A stretch of DNA of 64,000 nt from Iphione sp. A-MEVVRFRX5 (taxonomy: Eukaryota): positions 58,280,001 through 58,344,000 of the forward strand of contig OZ320313.1 in assembly GCA_976226885.1 (NCBI GenBank). The letters are read 5' to 3'. Shown piece by piece: positions 25,001-38,400 of the stretch. The position numbers were made by a program, and so were the translations under genes. Within the stretch, counting starts at the first letter, position 1, and the number at the start of each line of letters is the position of its first letter. The notes beneath the pieces are model-generated. The model was not told where the DNA came from, did no database searches, and saw only the letters and a list, made by a program, of their open reading frames with translations.

Positions 25001-26880
25001 TAAAAAAGAGAAGTTAATGGTTTTGAAAACATACTACATAATGTATTCATGAGAAAGGAAACTGTCGAAAGGATAGATATAAATTACACTTCTGTATTGC
25101 AAAGTAAGAAAGGGATCAAATGTTTTCAAAATGAAATTAGCAGTGTGCGAAGTAAATCGGTCATGTAAAACTATACATTATAAAAATTGTATGTACAGAT
25201 ATGTCCGTGTTAGTCTGTGTTAGGAGAATAATTCATTACATAAATTAATCCATTCAGTGCTGGGCCAAGTATAAGGTAATGCCACTACAGGGCGAGGATA
25301 CCTTGCTAAACAATCTCCCAGAGGGCGAGGAGCATTTATATAATAATACTATTACAATCCTGGTACATAAAAGGTATACAAACAATACTTTCTTGTAGTT
25401 TATAAAGGAAATGAACTTATTTTGACTGATTTCCATATGTCCTATATGGGAAAAAGTCACCAAAATTCCAGAAACACTTCAAAAATGTCCTAATCCATGC
25501 TGCCTTCAAGCATCATTCATCCTTTACATGGGAATGCCTTCAAGCATCATTAGGCATTAGGGAGGTTTTACATGTATCCTGTATATACTTTTCACTGACA
25601 ACGGTGCGTCGTGCATAAGCCCCCCATAGAGGTGCATGATATAACATCACATGGTTATTAGATGCTTCCCACAATCCTTTTCTATGTGTTTATGGTCCGA
25701 CAGGTGCTATAACCCAGGGATGACAGTAGAGGAGAAATGCAGTAGGAGCTGTCAGCGTTACCAACAAAAACATGTGAGCAAGCTAATAGGTACCCTGTGT
25801 ATGCATTGTTATGCCAGGATAGGAATACATGTACATCCATTTGCATTGGGCACATATGAAACCCCCCTCCCCTCCTTAACCTTCATTTTGAATATGAATT
25901 TTTATATGGATAATTCATTACACAAAATAACTATCAGGGACATGTGATCTTTAGGATAAAGCACACATACCAGCACTATATGTACACTATGTGTAAGTGT
26001 AGAAGTATTTATAATCATTGCATTATCCTATATCGGGGAGTCAGGATTTAACGTGAATCCCCATCAGCTTCTACAGTCAGCCCTGCCTAACAGGATGCGT
26101 TTCTTGTAAATGTTGCTGTCAAGTAGGCTATTCGCTGGCATAGCAAGTTAAGCATAACATGAAATTTGATCTTTTAAAATATGTACAGTTGAATGAGGAA
26201 TCCGCTTATTGAGGGTCAAGTAAGACGGGAGTGCCATTACTGATATTTGCAACATTGCATTTGGCTGTAAAAATATGCTTGCTGCATTAGTATAGGAGAT
26301 ATTCGCTTACAGAAGTGAATTTTAACATTATAGGTTTTATGGGAATAAGCTTTAGAGAAAGAAGCATATCTTTGATTTTGAAGACACATACCGAAGTACA
26401 ATATTGTGGAAGAAAATTATGAGGGGGTATAAACCATTCCATATGGGTCAGCCAATCATTTGCCTCTTGCCAAGTCTGAAGAAAAAACATGAAACATTGC
26501 ACTTTATAATATAGTGGCTGTAGTGAAGGAAATTCCTGCAGGGCATTTCTAGGATGTTTTCTAATCCCACTACGGGGCAGATGTCACGTCAACGGAAAAG
26601 GTCAATCAAGACAGCTATTTCTCAGTGGGTGGAAAATCAATTTCCCCTTCGCACTTTTTCAGCGTCGATAGTTCAAACTTTCCATGAGAAAGTCTATCAA
26701 ATCCTACGCAGTTTCTTTATGAACGAACTCCAGAAGATATTACACATCAAAAGGGTATGGCTTTGTGGAACGTTCGTAGAAAATGGTGTTAAGATCAATA
26801 ATCTTAGGGAAAGAAACATTGTTGGACTGTGGTTTTATTCCACACTCAACTGATTGATGGTTTTTTGTCGGATCAAGGTA

Positions 26881-27513
26881 CAGTAGAACCCCTGTCAGGG
26901 ACCACCTCAAAACAGGGACCACCCCCTAAATAGGACCAGATTTTCAAAGAACCAAACTATTTCTCTCTATTCAATGTTTCATAAAGTCTCAGTATGGGGA
27001 CCACCTCCTAAATGGGACCACCCCGCCTTGGACCACCTATAAAAAGGTACCAAAGTCTCAGAGAGGGGACCATTAGGGACATTTTATAGAGGCAAGGGTG
27101 AAACTACAATATGTATATATTGAGAACTTCAAATTTTCCATAAAGGGAGGATTGAAAGGACATTATGTAAAGTGGGAATTACAAGTCATACACCTGGAAG
27201 ATGGTCACACCTTTTCCCACCTTCTTTTGATGTGTGCGACTGCTACTGGCCAAGTCCTCACACATTTTTGCATGTCCTTCTGATGTGTGCTACTCCTGGC
27301 TAGGTCCTCACACCTCTACTGACATATTTCATCAATTTCCCACCATTTGGCATCCAAGAGGGATTATAAGGAGCTGTCTTTCAACACTCCTCCATTCAGA
27401 GCTGCTCTGATACTTGATATGGAAATATGAAAAAATTCAGAAATGGGACCACCCCCTAAATGGGACCACTTATGAAAAGAACCAAAGGTGGTCCCATTAG
27501 TGAGGTTCTACTG
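26881..27513. mobile_element. 633-bp Tc1/mariner(pogo/Tigger)-like MITE
   Basis: The ends CAGTAGAACC...GGTTCTACTG extend to an imperfect TIR of about 28 bp. TA lies on both flanks (26879-26880, 27514-27515), and GGGACCAC is repeated many times internally. Confidence 0.85.
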
Positions 27514-29998
27514 TATTTTCAGTGACTTTAGTAAGTTCCTCAATGCCAGTGGCCTCGCCGACAGTGGCAGCACAGACGTATCGAAGGGGTGTTTTTGTAC
27601 CTATTTTAGTCACTTCTACAGTCATGGGCACTATAGTGACCGAGGATTTAGGGGTTGAACTTGCCTGAAGCTGCCATTCTACCTCTCGGTATAGTAGGGA
27701 ATCCGAGAGCTAAAACGACCCGGGCTTTCTATGATAGAACTGATTGTACCATACCGGTACTGCATTTTTTTTGGTTAGAGGAAAACAGAAGAACACTGAA
27801 AATCCAGCAAAGCATCACGATAAATCTTGAGAAACATCAGCATGCCATTGTGCATGTTTCGAAATGCTAGCGATAAATGTGTGTCTACATATAAAAGATA
27901 AACTGGTAACATTATATACCTAGATCAGACGAAGTCGCATAATATTTATTCGATTATTATAATCCAGGGAACTTTACTTTTCACATGAATGGCGCTGTGC
28001 AGCACAATAATATATCGTCTATATCCCTGCAACTACTGCTGAATAAAGTTTATCATAACTGCAGGAAAACTAATAGTTTACGAAGGGGATCAGATTGGCT
28101 GGATGTTTCAGACTAATTATGCGGAGCCAATACTTTTAAAACCTGTTTTGCGGCTAAGCCTTATCATTTCGATATAGCGACAGGTAGAATACCCCTAAGG
28201 TACACTAAAGAAATGGCCAGTGACTAGATGGAAATCGTTCAGTCTGTACAGTCTATTAATAAGGTGCGGATTAATGCATCTTTACTCAATCTAGACACCC
28301 TGCTATCAAGAAAAAACATGATGTGCGTTAAAGATAGATCCAATCAGGACCTGGTAGACGCATAGATCCTCATTTCGTGTCGAAAATGACTCTAGTCCAC
28401 TGTTAACCTGGGCGGATATGCAGTTAGGAAATTAGAAGAGGCACCACGAGACGGTCCTGCCTGGGTGCCACAAATCTAAACTGATGCTCAGTATGCAATA
28501 GTTCGTACGAAAAGAAAATCCTCTCTCTATGAATCACACCAAGCAGACCATGGTCTGTCAGTATATACATGTACATGTATTGAGATTAAGCTTAATCCTA
28601 TAATTCTATATGAAAACATTTTCACTCAAAAACATGGAGCGGTTGATTAGTTTTGTCGTAATAACGAAATTTATTCAGGTACATTTATGTTTACCTGGTT
28701 GCCTGTAGTGTACGTAGTTACTGAGTGAAAATATTGTCGACCGAAGTGATATCAGTTTGGAGATTCTTGACGATTTTAATATATACAACAACTGAACTCT
28801 TCTGAACTATTGTTAAATATTACCGTCTGAATAAAGCCAGCCTAATTGCCTTCGATTAAACGCATGCTAGCCGCAGGTCAGTCTACTTGCTTTGATCACA
28901 AATACAAACCACATCGGGTATATCCCGAGCCAACACATTGTGTGCCTCTTTGGTTGGACTCTTAAAGGGCAGACCTCTGACATGGCCTCGCCGTAAAACC
29001 AGATACAGGTTGTCCACCTCCCCTTTCAGCTTTGTCAGCATGCGATGCAGCTGTTACATTTCCTGTCAAATGATTGATGAATCGACCAATTACATGCCAG
29101 ATTCCAAGTTGCAGAATTAATAGTTCTTTCATTCGGTCCGTTTTCTTTCAGGTTCCGAAAGCCTTCCCCAGTTTTACCTTTTTTATATTTCCTCATATTA
29201 TGACATTATCTATTATATATTCACTGCTGTTTCAATTTTCAGACTTGCCTAATGTGTGTGTGTTAGCGATGTTTATCATGTTTTCACATTTCTCCTAAAT
29301 GGAAATGGAAAGAGCAGGCATACGAGACGCGGAGCTGTCTACTTCAATTTCCTTATGAAAGTAACATCGTGATTACTAATGCCAACTGCGACGTCGGGTA
29401 GAAGAAAACAGTTTCGGATGCTGAATGTCTACGAGATATCTAAAATATTCCAGGCTTTAATTTATAAAAATCCTAAACTGCTCTTCGCGTAGGACCTTCC
29501 CATAGCAATGGAAGTGTACGGTATGCATTATATGAGAGATGCAGACGGAGGGAACTAAACTTGATCTTATGATGTATCCAGGTTGAGACGATGATCTATC
29601 TCCTAGAATATATCATACAACCGAAGTATAATCGCTACGTATGAAACAGGTCGTTATACATTGTTGAAATCCATTTGTATGATCTCAACATTTACAACTT
29701 TAATCATATTCCATGCTTTTAGTGGGGCTTATCCTCAATTCCAGTCTCTCACACGAGATTACGGAGCAGCGACATGTTATGTCCATATTCAGGTATGAGC
29801 CCTGCAGGGATGACAAGCACGACGAGGCACTCTCCGGCCCAAGACAAAGAGTGCTCCAAAGCTAACTCGTAAATTATTCATATTATTTCGTGATTTTATT
29901 TCCAGTTCTGACAGGAAACAATTCTCACAGGAAACAAACTAAACCTATCCTAAATCTATATATACCTTTAACGTGTAGCATATTGCAATGACAGAATA

Positions 29999-30101
29999 TA
30001 GTACAGACTCTGTTAAAGACCATTTCACAGGGGAGACCACCTCTCAGGAGAGACCAAAATCAGTTAATCCCAAGCTTGGTCTCCTAAGAGGGGCTCTACT
30101 G
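29999..30101. mobile_element. About 100-bp degenerate MITE of similar design
   Basis: Left end TAGTACAGACTCTGTTAAAGACCA versus right-end reverse complement CAGTAGAGCCCCTCTTAGGAGACCA; internal GAGACCA repeats. Confidence 0.55.
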
Positions 30102-32409
30102 CATTAGTCCCTTTTCACAGTCTCTATAATTAAAACCAAGGTAACTATTTTCCCTTGCCCTCCATGGTAGGGCATTTCAGCTCGAGTTCACCTGATGAGG
30201 TGTAAATGTAATGTACCTGTACTCGAGTTACATAGTTACCTAGTTAATGTAGCGCAATTGCGTGGTGTCTCAAAGGGTTTGTTCCGTCCATTGTAGTCTG
30301 CTTTCGAATAACCTAGCAAAAAGGTAAGTTGCATTTGCACATAACTGAAAGTTGGGGAAACGAATTCAAAATTGCTCTGCTGCTTCAGATTAGTGTGACA
30401 GATGTGTAGGTGGGCTGGAGTGGATTCTTTTCTGAAGATCTGACAACCTCGAGGAAAGGATGGCACTGCTACGAGTGACAGTAGAGTAAGGGAGATGGGA
30501 TTAAGGATGACAGATATTAGCGGGGTTGCACGGCTAAAGGCACAACTCTCGGGGTATTTATGATCGCCAAGCCCTACTGTCATCTGATTGTTTTTGCATT
30601 GTGAAGATTTATAAGTCCCTACCAGACCAAATGATAAATTTTGAATGATTTCTCGCACGACCACAATAAAATAAATGTTATTCACGGGTGATGTTTAAGA
30701 ATAGGTACATATGATGTTGCTGGTGTCGTAACTGAATACCGCCCTGAGGTGTTGTCAATCTGTTCAAATACGGGTTTGTGATGAGATTATGCCGCTGCCT
30801 TGCAACTGTAGCTACCTTTAACTGTCGCGGGATGGTAGGATAAATGACAGAAGTTTCTTGAGAAACACTTCCTCGGTAATCTGTTTAGCATCACTTTTGT
30901 CTCACGGAAGTTGTCCTTCTATGAACGGCGGCATATTAGAATATCCCTACCCCTTCCCCCCAAAAAACCGGTGTTGAAGATGCTGGTCATACGTGACCCA
31001 TGCGGGTTTGTGCCATCAATGCCTCGTACCGTGTGAATATTTCACGGCGAACTGGCTACTCATGGGCCGCTTCTGCTGTAACGGGATTGGATCTCCCTCG
31101 GCTATGGTGCTGTATTATTAAGGTGGCCGATACGAGGAATGTCTCCCAAACAGCGCCAACAACGCCCCAGGTGTTTTGATGCAGCGTTTGTAATGAGCTG
31201 AGATAGGTATAGGAAGCAGTCTGTCCCCTTAAGGAACCCACGCTGGATACTCAATTCCCTGGCTGGTATATGCTTCCTATAATAGTGTTATAAGGAGGCC
31301 ATGGCTAAGACAAGACGTTTCGAGGTAGAAGGTCATAAATCAGGAATTGAGACAAATAGCTGATGAAGATGGGCTATTTGTAGCTGGGGTAGGGGCCTCT
31401 TTTGCGCTACTACGTTTTGAAACTATCAGGTATAAACAGACAGCTGTCAATTCTATGTCTAGAGTCACATCAAGCCACTGTCAAGGAGAGCAGAGGAAAG
31501 GAGGCGGGGCGACTAGCTCTGTTGAATTATGCAAAGAATACCTCCTTGAAGAACGGGATTCGTTTGTGTGCTGGCCGAAGTTGTTTGGTTATTTTATAAG
31601 TATTGTCAACCGAGCACAATGTCTATAATTTCATGGTATATTTATTGAAGAAATGTTATTACTGACGATAAAGAATCTGAACCTGGGCATTATGGTTCAT
31701 TCTCGCCCACTTTATGAGCAATGTTGTACACGTAGATGTGCATATTTATGTGCAGTATACACTTTCTTATTGGCATGTCTTCCTGTAAGGAGATGTATAC
31801 TGTATACGTTCTGACAGAACGTTGTTTAGGTAGTTCACATAAATTTAAATGTGCCTTTTTCTGTGCAATAGTCAATTGTGCAACTGTTTTGAATTGTACG
31901 CAACGTCCATACCTGTGTATGTATTCTAGATATAACTTTGTCTACGAATCGGATAATTTTGTTTGCCACTTACTTAACACAGTCTTGCATTAGAGGATGA
32001 GCAATTATTGCATACAACATATATGATGGTCTTTTGAAGGGAACAGGTTTACTTCTCTAGGCCTCCATTTGCATTGCGTTTACTGCTGCCGTGTTAGGAT
32101 TGGTAGACTTGCAGCATGTGTTGATGGCATAGGTTACATTCATTGTAAACCTAGGTCAAATATTTTGTATTCCTGACGGGAAAACCGTGACTTCATGATT
32201 TGTTTATTAAATGTGAATTTTAACATCATGTAGATGTAAGTGTGTTCAAAGCGGTCGGTCAAGAGGGTGTTAAATAGAGTCTTGCTCCAAGAGCCGAACC
32301 GCGACTCCATTTGAAAGAGCTGGTGTAGAAAACACGATTCCCTTGACCATAAGAACCTTCTACCAGGTTATCTTTGCAACAAATAAGCTCCGACTGCTGT
32401 TTGGCCCAG

Positions 32410-32441
32410 CCTCCTCCTCCTCCTCCTCCTCCTCCTCCTCC
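32410..32441. repeat. (CCT)n trinucleotide repeat, about 10 units, in a GC-rich patch
   Basis: Read directly from the sequence. Confidence 0.95.
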
Positions 32442-35400
32442 CCTCTTCGTTTTACTCTTCCCCATGCTGGCTGCCGAGACGCCGCCCCAACGTGGGCCGA
32501 ACAATCAGGCGACTTGAGGGCAGCCCACAAAGCAGTAGGGGATGTGCAGTGCATGCGAGCTACCCAGACCAGCACGCTATTCATCCTGACCCTCCGTCGT
32601 AGGGCTTGGAAAAACAAGGAAATTGCACTTTGGTGGGCAAGAGCAGAGCCCTTTCGAAGGTCGATAAATATTTATATAAAATCCTTTCGTACTTGTCTGC
32701 TTGTTTCATCAATTCGCGATCGACTCGCCCGAGACTTAAGTATTCGTGGTTATCAATGTTTGCATTGCTGATGGCATTCCAATAGAACCACTCCAAGGGC
32801 TGGCACCTCTTGTACCACTAGTGCTATGTGGATGTCTCTTTCGTTGCGTGCTTAGAATGCTGAATGTATCACTCGCGGGGGCTATGTTTTTTTTATACAT
32901 TCACGGGGCTAGCACGACAGTATATTTGATACCTGTTACGAGCAAGCTTCGTTTCGCACGTGTTGTCTCGTGTCTTTCTTGGTAGTGGATTTATTTACAA
33001 AACGAAAATATCTTAAACATAGGTAAGAAACTGAAGCGTTTTATGAATTTATGACACAACATTTGCTACAAGTTCCCTTTGGCTCCGTTAAATGTGTATT
33101 GCTGGTGTTTGCGTCTGTTAATAACTGTGTATTGTCTAAAATAATGAGTATTCTGATACAGTGATATAGATGTCTGATCATTGGGTGAATGTATGGAGGA
33201 CAAAATGCATGTTACAGGGCTATCCTCAGCCTGTTTATACTATAGCAGAGATCGCTTAAACAACATAAGTATAATGGCACAATGAAGGTGTTTTCAGACA
33301 GCAACTTGTGTTGTCATACAACAAAACGAATAATATGACAGAATGTAGCGAGTTGGGAGTCCGTACCCGTGCATGTCGCCTGCGAAGATCAAAGGCGTCT
33401 GTCTGCCATCGTGCAGACGAAAAGAGAGAATTAATTGAACGGAACTGGAATTCAAAGAGATGGAGTGGGCTTTGTAGAATGGGTCGAAATAAAGGGAGGA
33501 TCAGACGGTGAGGAATATGCGAGAGGAGCAATTTCCAAGGCTGGCTCCTCAGCAGAGATGAGAGCGGCCTTATTAGAACACATACATTAAAACGGATGAG
33601 GGGATGAACACAAGATGCTTTGTACCTGCGGTGAAGTAGGAATTTTCTCAAAGGCCCATACGCAGCGAATCTATTTTGTATAAGGTCACGAGAAAAGCGA
33701 CAGCCTCTTGATGATAGGACAAGTATTAGTTCTTCTTATTCTCTACTCCTTCCCTCTCTCCCTGCCGCCATGTGTCTCTATCCATCCCGCAATTTCTGTC
33801 ACTTCCTCACTGCCGCCTGCCTCCTCTCTGGATTCTCATGAACCAAAGGTTCTTTATATACTGCATGGTCAAATTTGTTCCGGTTAGTGACCACTTCTCT
33901 GGCTCGATGTCATTTTGTTCTTCCGGGATGCTCTCCCAGGAACGCCTCCCTTTGTTCCTCTCCTAGTACCAACAGACCTTCGGCTAGGTGGCCAGGTTCG
34001 CCCTAAGCACCATCGGGTCACTAGGTAAACAGTTTCCAGCAAGGCCTTTCAAATAGTCACACTTGGCACACACCTTCTGTCTTCTTAAGTATGCCCCATT
34101 CGTCTTTTTGAGGCCGCACGGTCCTTCAGTCACAATGCCCCTTTCATTTTCGCCTCTCCTCAGCCACGACCGTCACCAGCATTCATCGCGTCCAGGGGCG
34201 TCTCGTCGTCAGTTTCCTCGTATTCTCTCGTAGTATTGCTGGCGACCCGTGCCTTCTCACACCCAATATATCGCAAATCAACGACACCTATATCATTTTT
34301 CTCTACCATACGGTATCTTCTGTTCGTCTCTGTTGGTCGCCCCTCTACTGAGTTCGCTTACCACTACAATCGTTGCCTACTCCCGAGGGGCGTTCGTTAT
34401 CTGGTAGCTAATCCCTTAATCCATGATATACTACGTCTCATTAGACTCATCACTGGCTCCTATCGTACCTTCATCGGGGTAACTTATCCCTCAACGCTCT
34501 TACCTGCTTTCTAACTAGTACTCTGACCACGGCCCTTTCCATATTTGCTTCCCTGCGCCCTTACTTGTTTGCTGTATGATAATTAGTTCCTCCCGGCGCC
34601 CCATGGCGCGCTCTTTCATCTACCGTTACCTGGAGGCCAGTAGTCAATTTTCTCTCATCGGTCACTGCTGTTGCCCGCGGCAAGCAAGCCGTCGACGCCC
34701 CTTCTTGGTAAACCCTCCCCGGAAGCAATCTCAAGATAAACACTGAGAGGAAGTAAACTATTTGATGCCACCATCCTCCGTCATGATGTTTTTTTGTTGG
34801 TCTTGTATTAAAGAAATGAAGAAATAATAGGCGATTAATTTGGAAATCCTTACTTAACTGCTCTAATTATTTTGTCTAATCATTTATAAATGGAATTATG
34901 GTAGTCACACAGTTGACTTGCGGCGAGATTTAGATACTGTGCCGCCAGAAATACCCAGGCCTTCGTTAATTCGCTGGCTGTGCAGGTTAACGTAGGACTG
35001 AGGCCTCTGGCATAGAAGCCTCTTTCACCATGTTTTACTTTAAAAATGCAGTTGCTTAATAACTGTTTATATAATCAGCTCGATCTAGGTCTCTAACTTT
35101 GATTTATGGCCTGCTTTTGGATTAAATTTTGACAAAGTGTTAAAAACCTTTTCTTGGATTCAGAGACGCTTGTCCTGTTTGTGAAACGTTGGCCATATTA
35201 GTGATAACCTGAGCCAATTTTATCTGGCGGAAATGTTTCCCCTGGATGGCTTCTTTTTGCAAGTTTCTGAGAGTTAAATCTATGAAATCGGGCGGGCATT
35301 AAAGGTGTTTAAAAAACCCTCAATTTGGAATAACATGCCTTTTGTGAAATTCCCCCATGACTCCTTCTTTTCAAAAACATCGTATTGGTTCGTGGTGAGA

Positions 35401-38400
35401 TTCATGCCGATAGCTTCAATTAAACCTTAAGTGGCTGATTAAAAGAGTTGCCAACATGCCACCTCTTGTAAGCCTCCCATAATTGACCGGGAGGCCCAGG
35501 CGTACCCGTTGGAAGAGGCTAAGAGGAGGCCCCCGTAAGAAGGGGAAGAAAAGGAAGTTGGTGGGTCGTTTCCATTTCCATTCCATCTCGTTTCCTTCAC
35601 CCGGCTTCACGCTGCTCTGTCATTCTCATCCGTTGCTTCACCTCGTATCTCATTCAGGACCGTTTCTTTTCTAGCATGATTCGCCGGATTTTATTCCATT
35701 CGATGTCTGTCAGCTCATTATTTCCTCAGTAAGGTCCTGTACGTCATCATGGTGTCCTACTGCGTCTTTATCTTAAGATCGTGGGTCCTTGATTCATTCC
35801 CTCATAGCAGATATCCTGATTAACCAGGTTATCAATGCCCAACCAAGCTCCGATCGAATCGAACCAGTCGACTGGTCCAGTGAAATCTCCATGCTACGCC
35901 GCATCGGCCTTATGATCCGACCGGAAACAACCCAACACTAATGGACGCGTCGGTGCACGAAGCACATGTCAGGTGGCGCCACAAGTGCGGTCTTTCGGTC
36001 GCCCTCGTTTGGTTGAATGGGAAAACTCCTGCCGTTTGGCGTCGGCGCCAATATCGGTCATGCCTATTGGATGAAGAGGAGCGCTGACATATACCTTTTA
36101 CGGAGTCGCTTAATATCCAATCTAATTTTCGTACGGCACATATGTGCTTTCCATTACCTCTTCTCAGAAAAATAGAAACGGTACTACTTATATTTGAAAC
36201 TGATAAATCTGCTTAGCAAATCATAAGGATAGGTCATGTATGAAGCCAGTTATGTCTTCGTACAGAGACAAATCGTTTTTGTATGCTCGTGTTACTTTCT
36301 TTCGTAACGATGGATCGGCTTCCGCAGGAAAACGCCTCTTTACGTTGTGGCTGACAGACGTGCAAACATTTAATGTTCTATCCTATAGAAAAGCTGAAAG
36401 CTGTTAAAATAACGATTGAATTGGCACGCTGTATTGTAGGGTAAGGGAACAGTTAAACAGAAATGTCAGCAGGGGAGATGATTGACGTAGAGGCATGAAT
36501 AGTGCTTCTCCGTAGGCTGGGCTTTGCTGTTATGAAAGAGGCACTACAGGAAAGAATACATAGGCCGTTGTCGTGGTGAGATTCACGTCAAAGGTGTCAT
36601 TTAAATTGAGTTGATAGAAAGCAAATTGGGTTGGATGTTAAAATCGTCAATAAAGGAACAATGAAGGGACACGTCGATGTGAGAACATTGCTCTTCGATC
36701 AATATTTGCCATCAATATCAGCACCGGTCCTCGGTCATTATACTACTACAGGAATATGGGAACTTTACCACTGCCACGAAGTCTGACCGCATTATGGATT
36801 GATAGGACAAGTAAGAGCTATAGTTGTGAAATAATAATGATCTGTTTGTACACCAACTTTTCGAGTTCGTGTATAGTGCTTTCCTGTGTGCGATGGCGTT
36901 CCTAAAGGGGTACATCTAATTAAAGTACGTCTTTGTGAGCATGGTACTCTACTCCTGATGTAGGCCCAGATCTTCAACCGCCCTTTATGTGCCTGCATAG
37001 GTACATGGTGATTATTGTACAGAGCACCTCGCACGGTGATGAGACTGTCCTTACCAATTGTCCGGTCGGATAGGCAGTACCATACATAGCGTCACGGTAG
37101 TGCGCTGACTTTTTCCTATGTAGTATTGCATCTCTTATGGACAGTCATCTTCCTGTAGTGATCTTATGGGACGCTCCTCTCTTTTATGTCTAACTGGTAT
37201 CAAATTGGACAAAGAGGGGATCGCAATTGGATATATAAGCTTTCATTCTAAGCGAGGAGGATAAAAAAAACTCGTTTTTCCTACGACGTTGTGGTTTATG
37301 AAAACAACCTTATACCAAACGATTAGCGGACCGACTAAGCTACAGGATAGAGGATAAAGAACTTGCATTTACTGTCAAAAATTGAACATATTTTTTTCTT
37401 AATAATTATTTTTCTATGTTCTCCAGTTATATTATTTGGGTGGCCAAAAACAGTTGAACGAGTTTCATGTCCATTTATCGCCCATTGCGATGAGCATTCA
37501 AAGCTAAAAAAAACGGGTACTTATGCACGATCTCACAGATTACCGGAAAGTCGTGTTTTTATCAAATTTCCTCAGAGCTATTTGGAATTTTCAATAGTAA
37601 ATGAATTCGAATGCCACCAGTCTATCTGCATCTGAATGTAAATGACCACGTCCTGTCTTCGTATATATATGCACCCCGTATGGCGTGATTTCCATCATTA
37701 TGGTAAAAAGTTCATCGGTCGTGCCACTAATTTATAGCATATTGTATGAAAACCGACCAACTGACTGATCCATGGGCCAGTGTTCTAGTTCTGGTTTGTT
37801 TTTGCTGAGAGGTTGCATTTGCTTCATCGTAATACAATATTTTTGTTCTTTATTGGCGTGAGGGTGAATTAGCTCGTTGTACACAACATTCTAGGCCCGC
37901 TCTATAGTGCCTCGTATACGCCTGGCTGTGAGATGCGCCGAACAGAAAAGTGCGTTCTGTTCTCTGTAATTATGGCGAGCTCCAGACCCATTCAGCAAAG
38001 AGTACATTGCATCCATAATAAGGTTTCGGTACGATTGGTTCTTGCCGCCTCACATGGGTTTTTTCCCCTTTCATGGTAGCAGCATCGATCATATGAAGAC
38101 GGACGCGAACGAACAGAAATGAGACAAGCCCCATATGGTGGGTGGTCCACTAAAAATCTCGCCCGGGATCATTCACCGCTCGCGAACGGGGCTCTTGTTA
38201 CGTCCGGCTATCCTAAGCCGATGGGGATTAGACGCCAATACCCAACCAGGTGACTCCCGGACCGGCAAGAGCAATAGGGTCATGGTGTTACCTAATGGCA
38301 CGACGCCATAAGGGCACCTACGCTGGCAAGGGCTGGGGCGGTTGGTGGGCAGAGGTGCTGGTGGCAGGTGTTGTGATCGGCCTTCACAAGCAGCAGGATT

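Noticed and set aside
25713-25782. Exon-like segment (RCYNPGMTVEEKCSRSCQRYQQKH) with good splice sites
   Set aside because: It is phase 2 to 0, incompatible with gene 2's phase-1 donor, and I found no partner exons.
26881-27513. Repeated GGGACCAC units as a CRISPR-like array
   Set aside because: The units are short, irregularly spaced and lie inside a TIR/TA-flanked element in eukaryotic DNA; no cas genes are present.
32259-32771. ORFs with poly-G, poly-S and poly-E runs
   Set aside because: They derive from the (CCT)n repeat in a GC-rich patch; no splice or domain support.
35965-35985. TGGCGCC as an LTR primer-binding site
   Set aside because: No paired LTRs or gag/pol nearby, and a 7-mer is expected by chance.
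37600-37635. NEFECHQSICI resembling an LDLa repeat
   Set aside because: It lacks the leading Cys and the acidic C-terminal motif, and ends in a stop.
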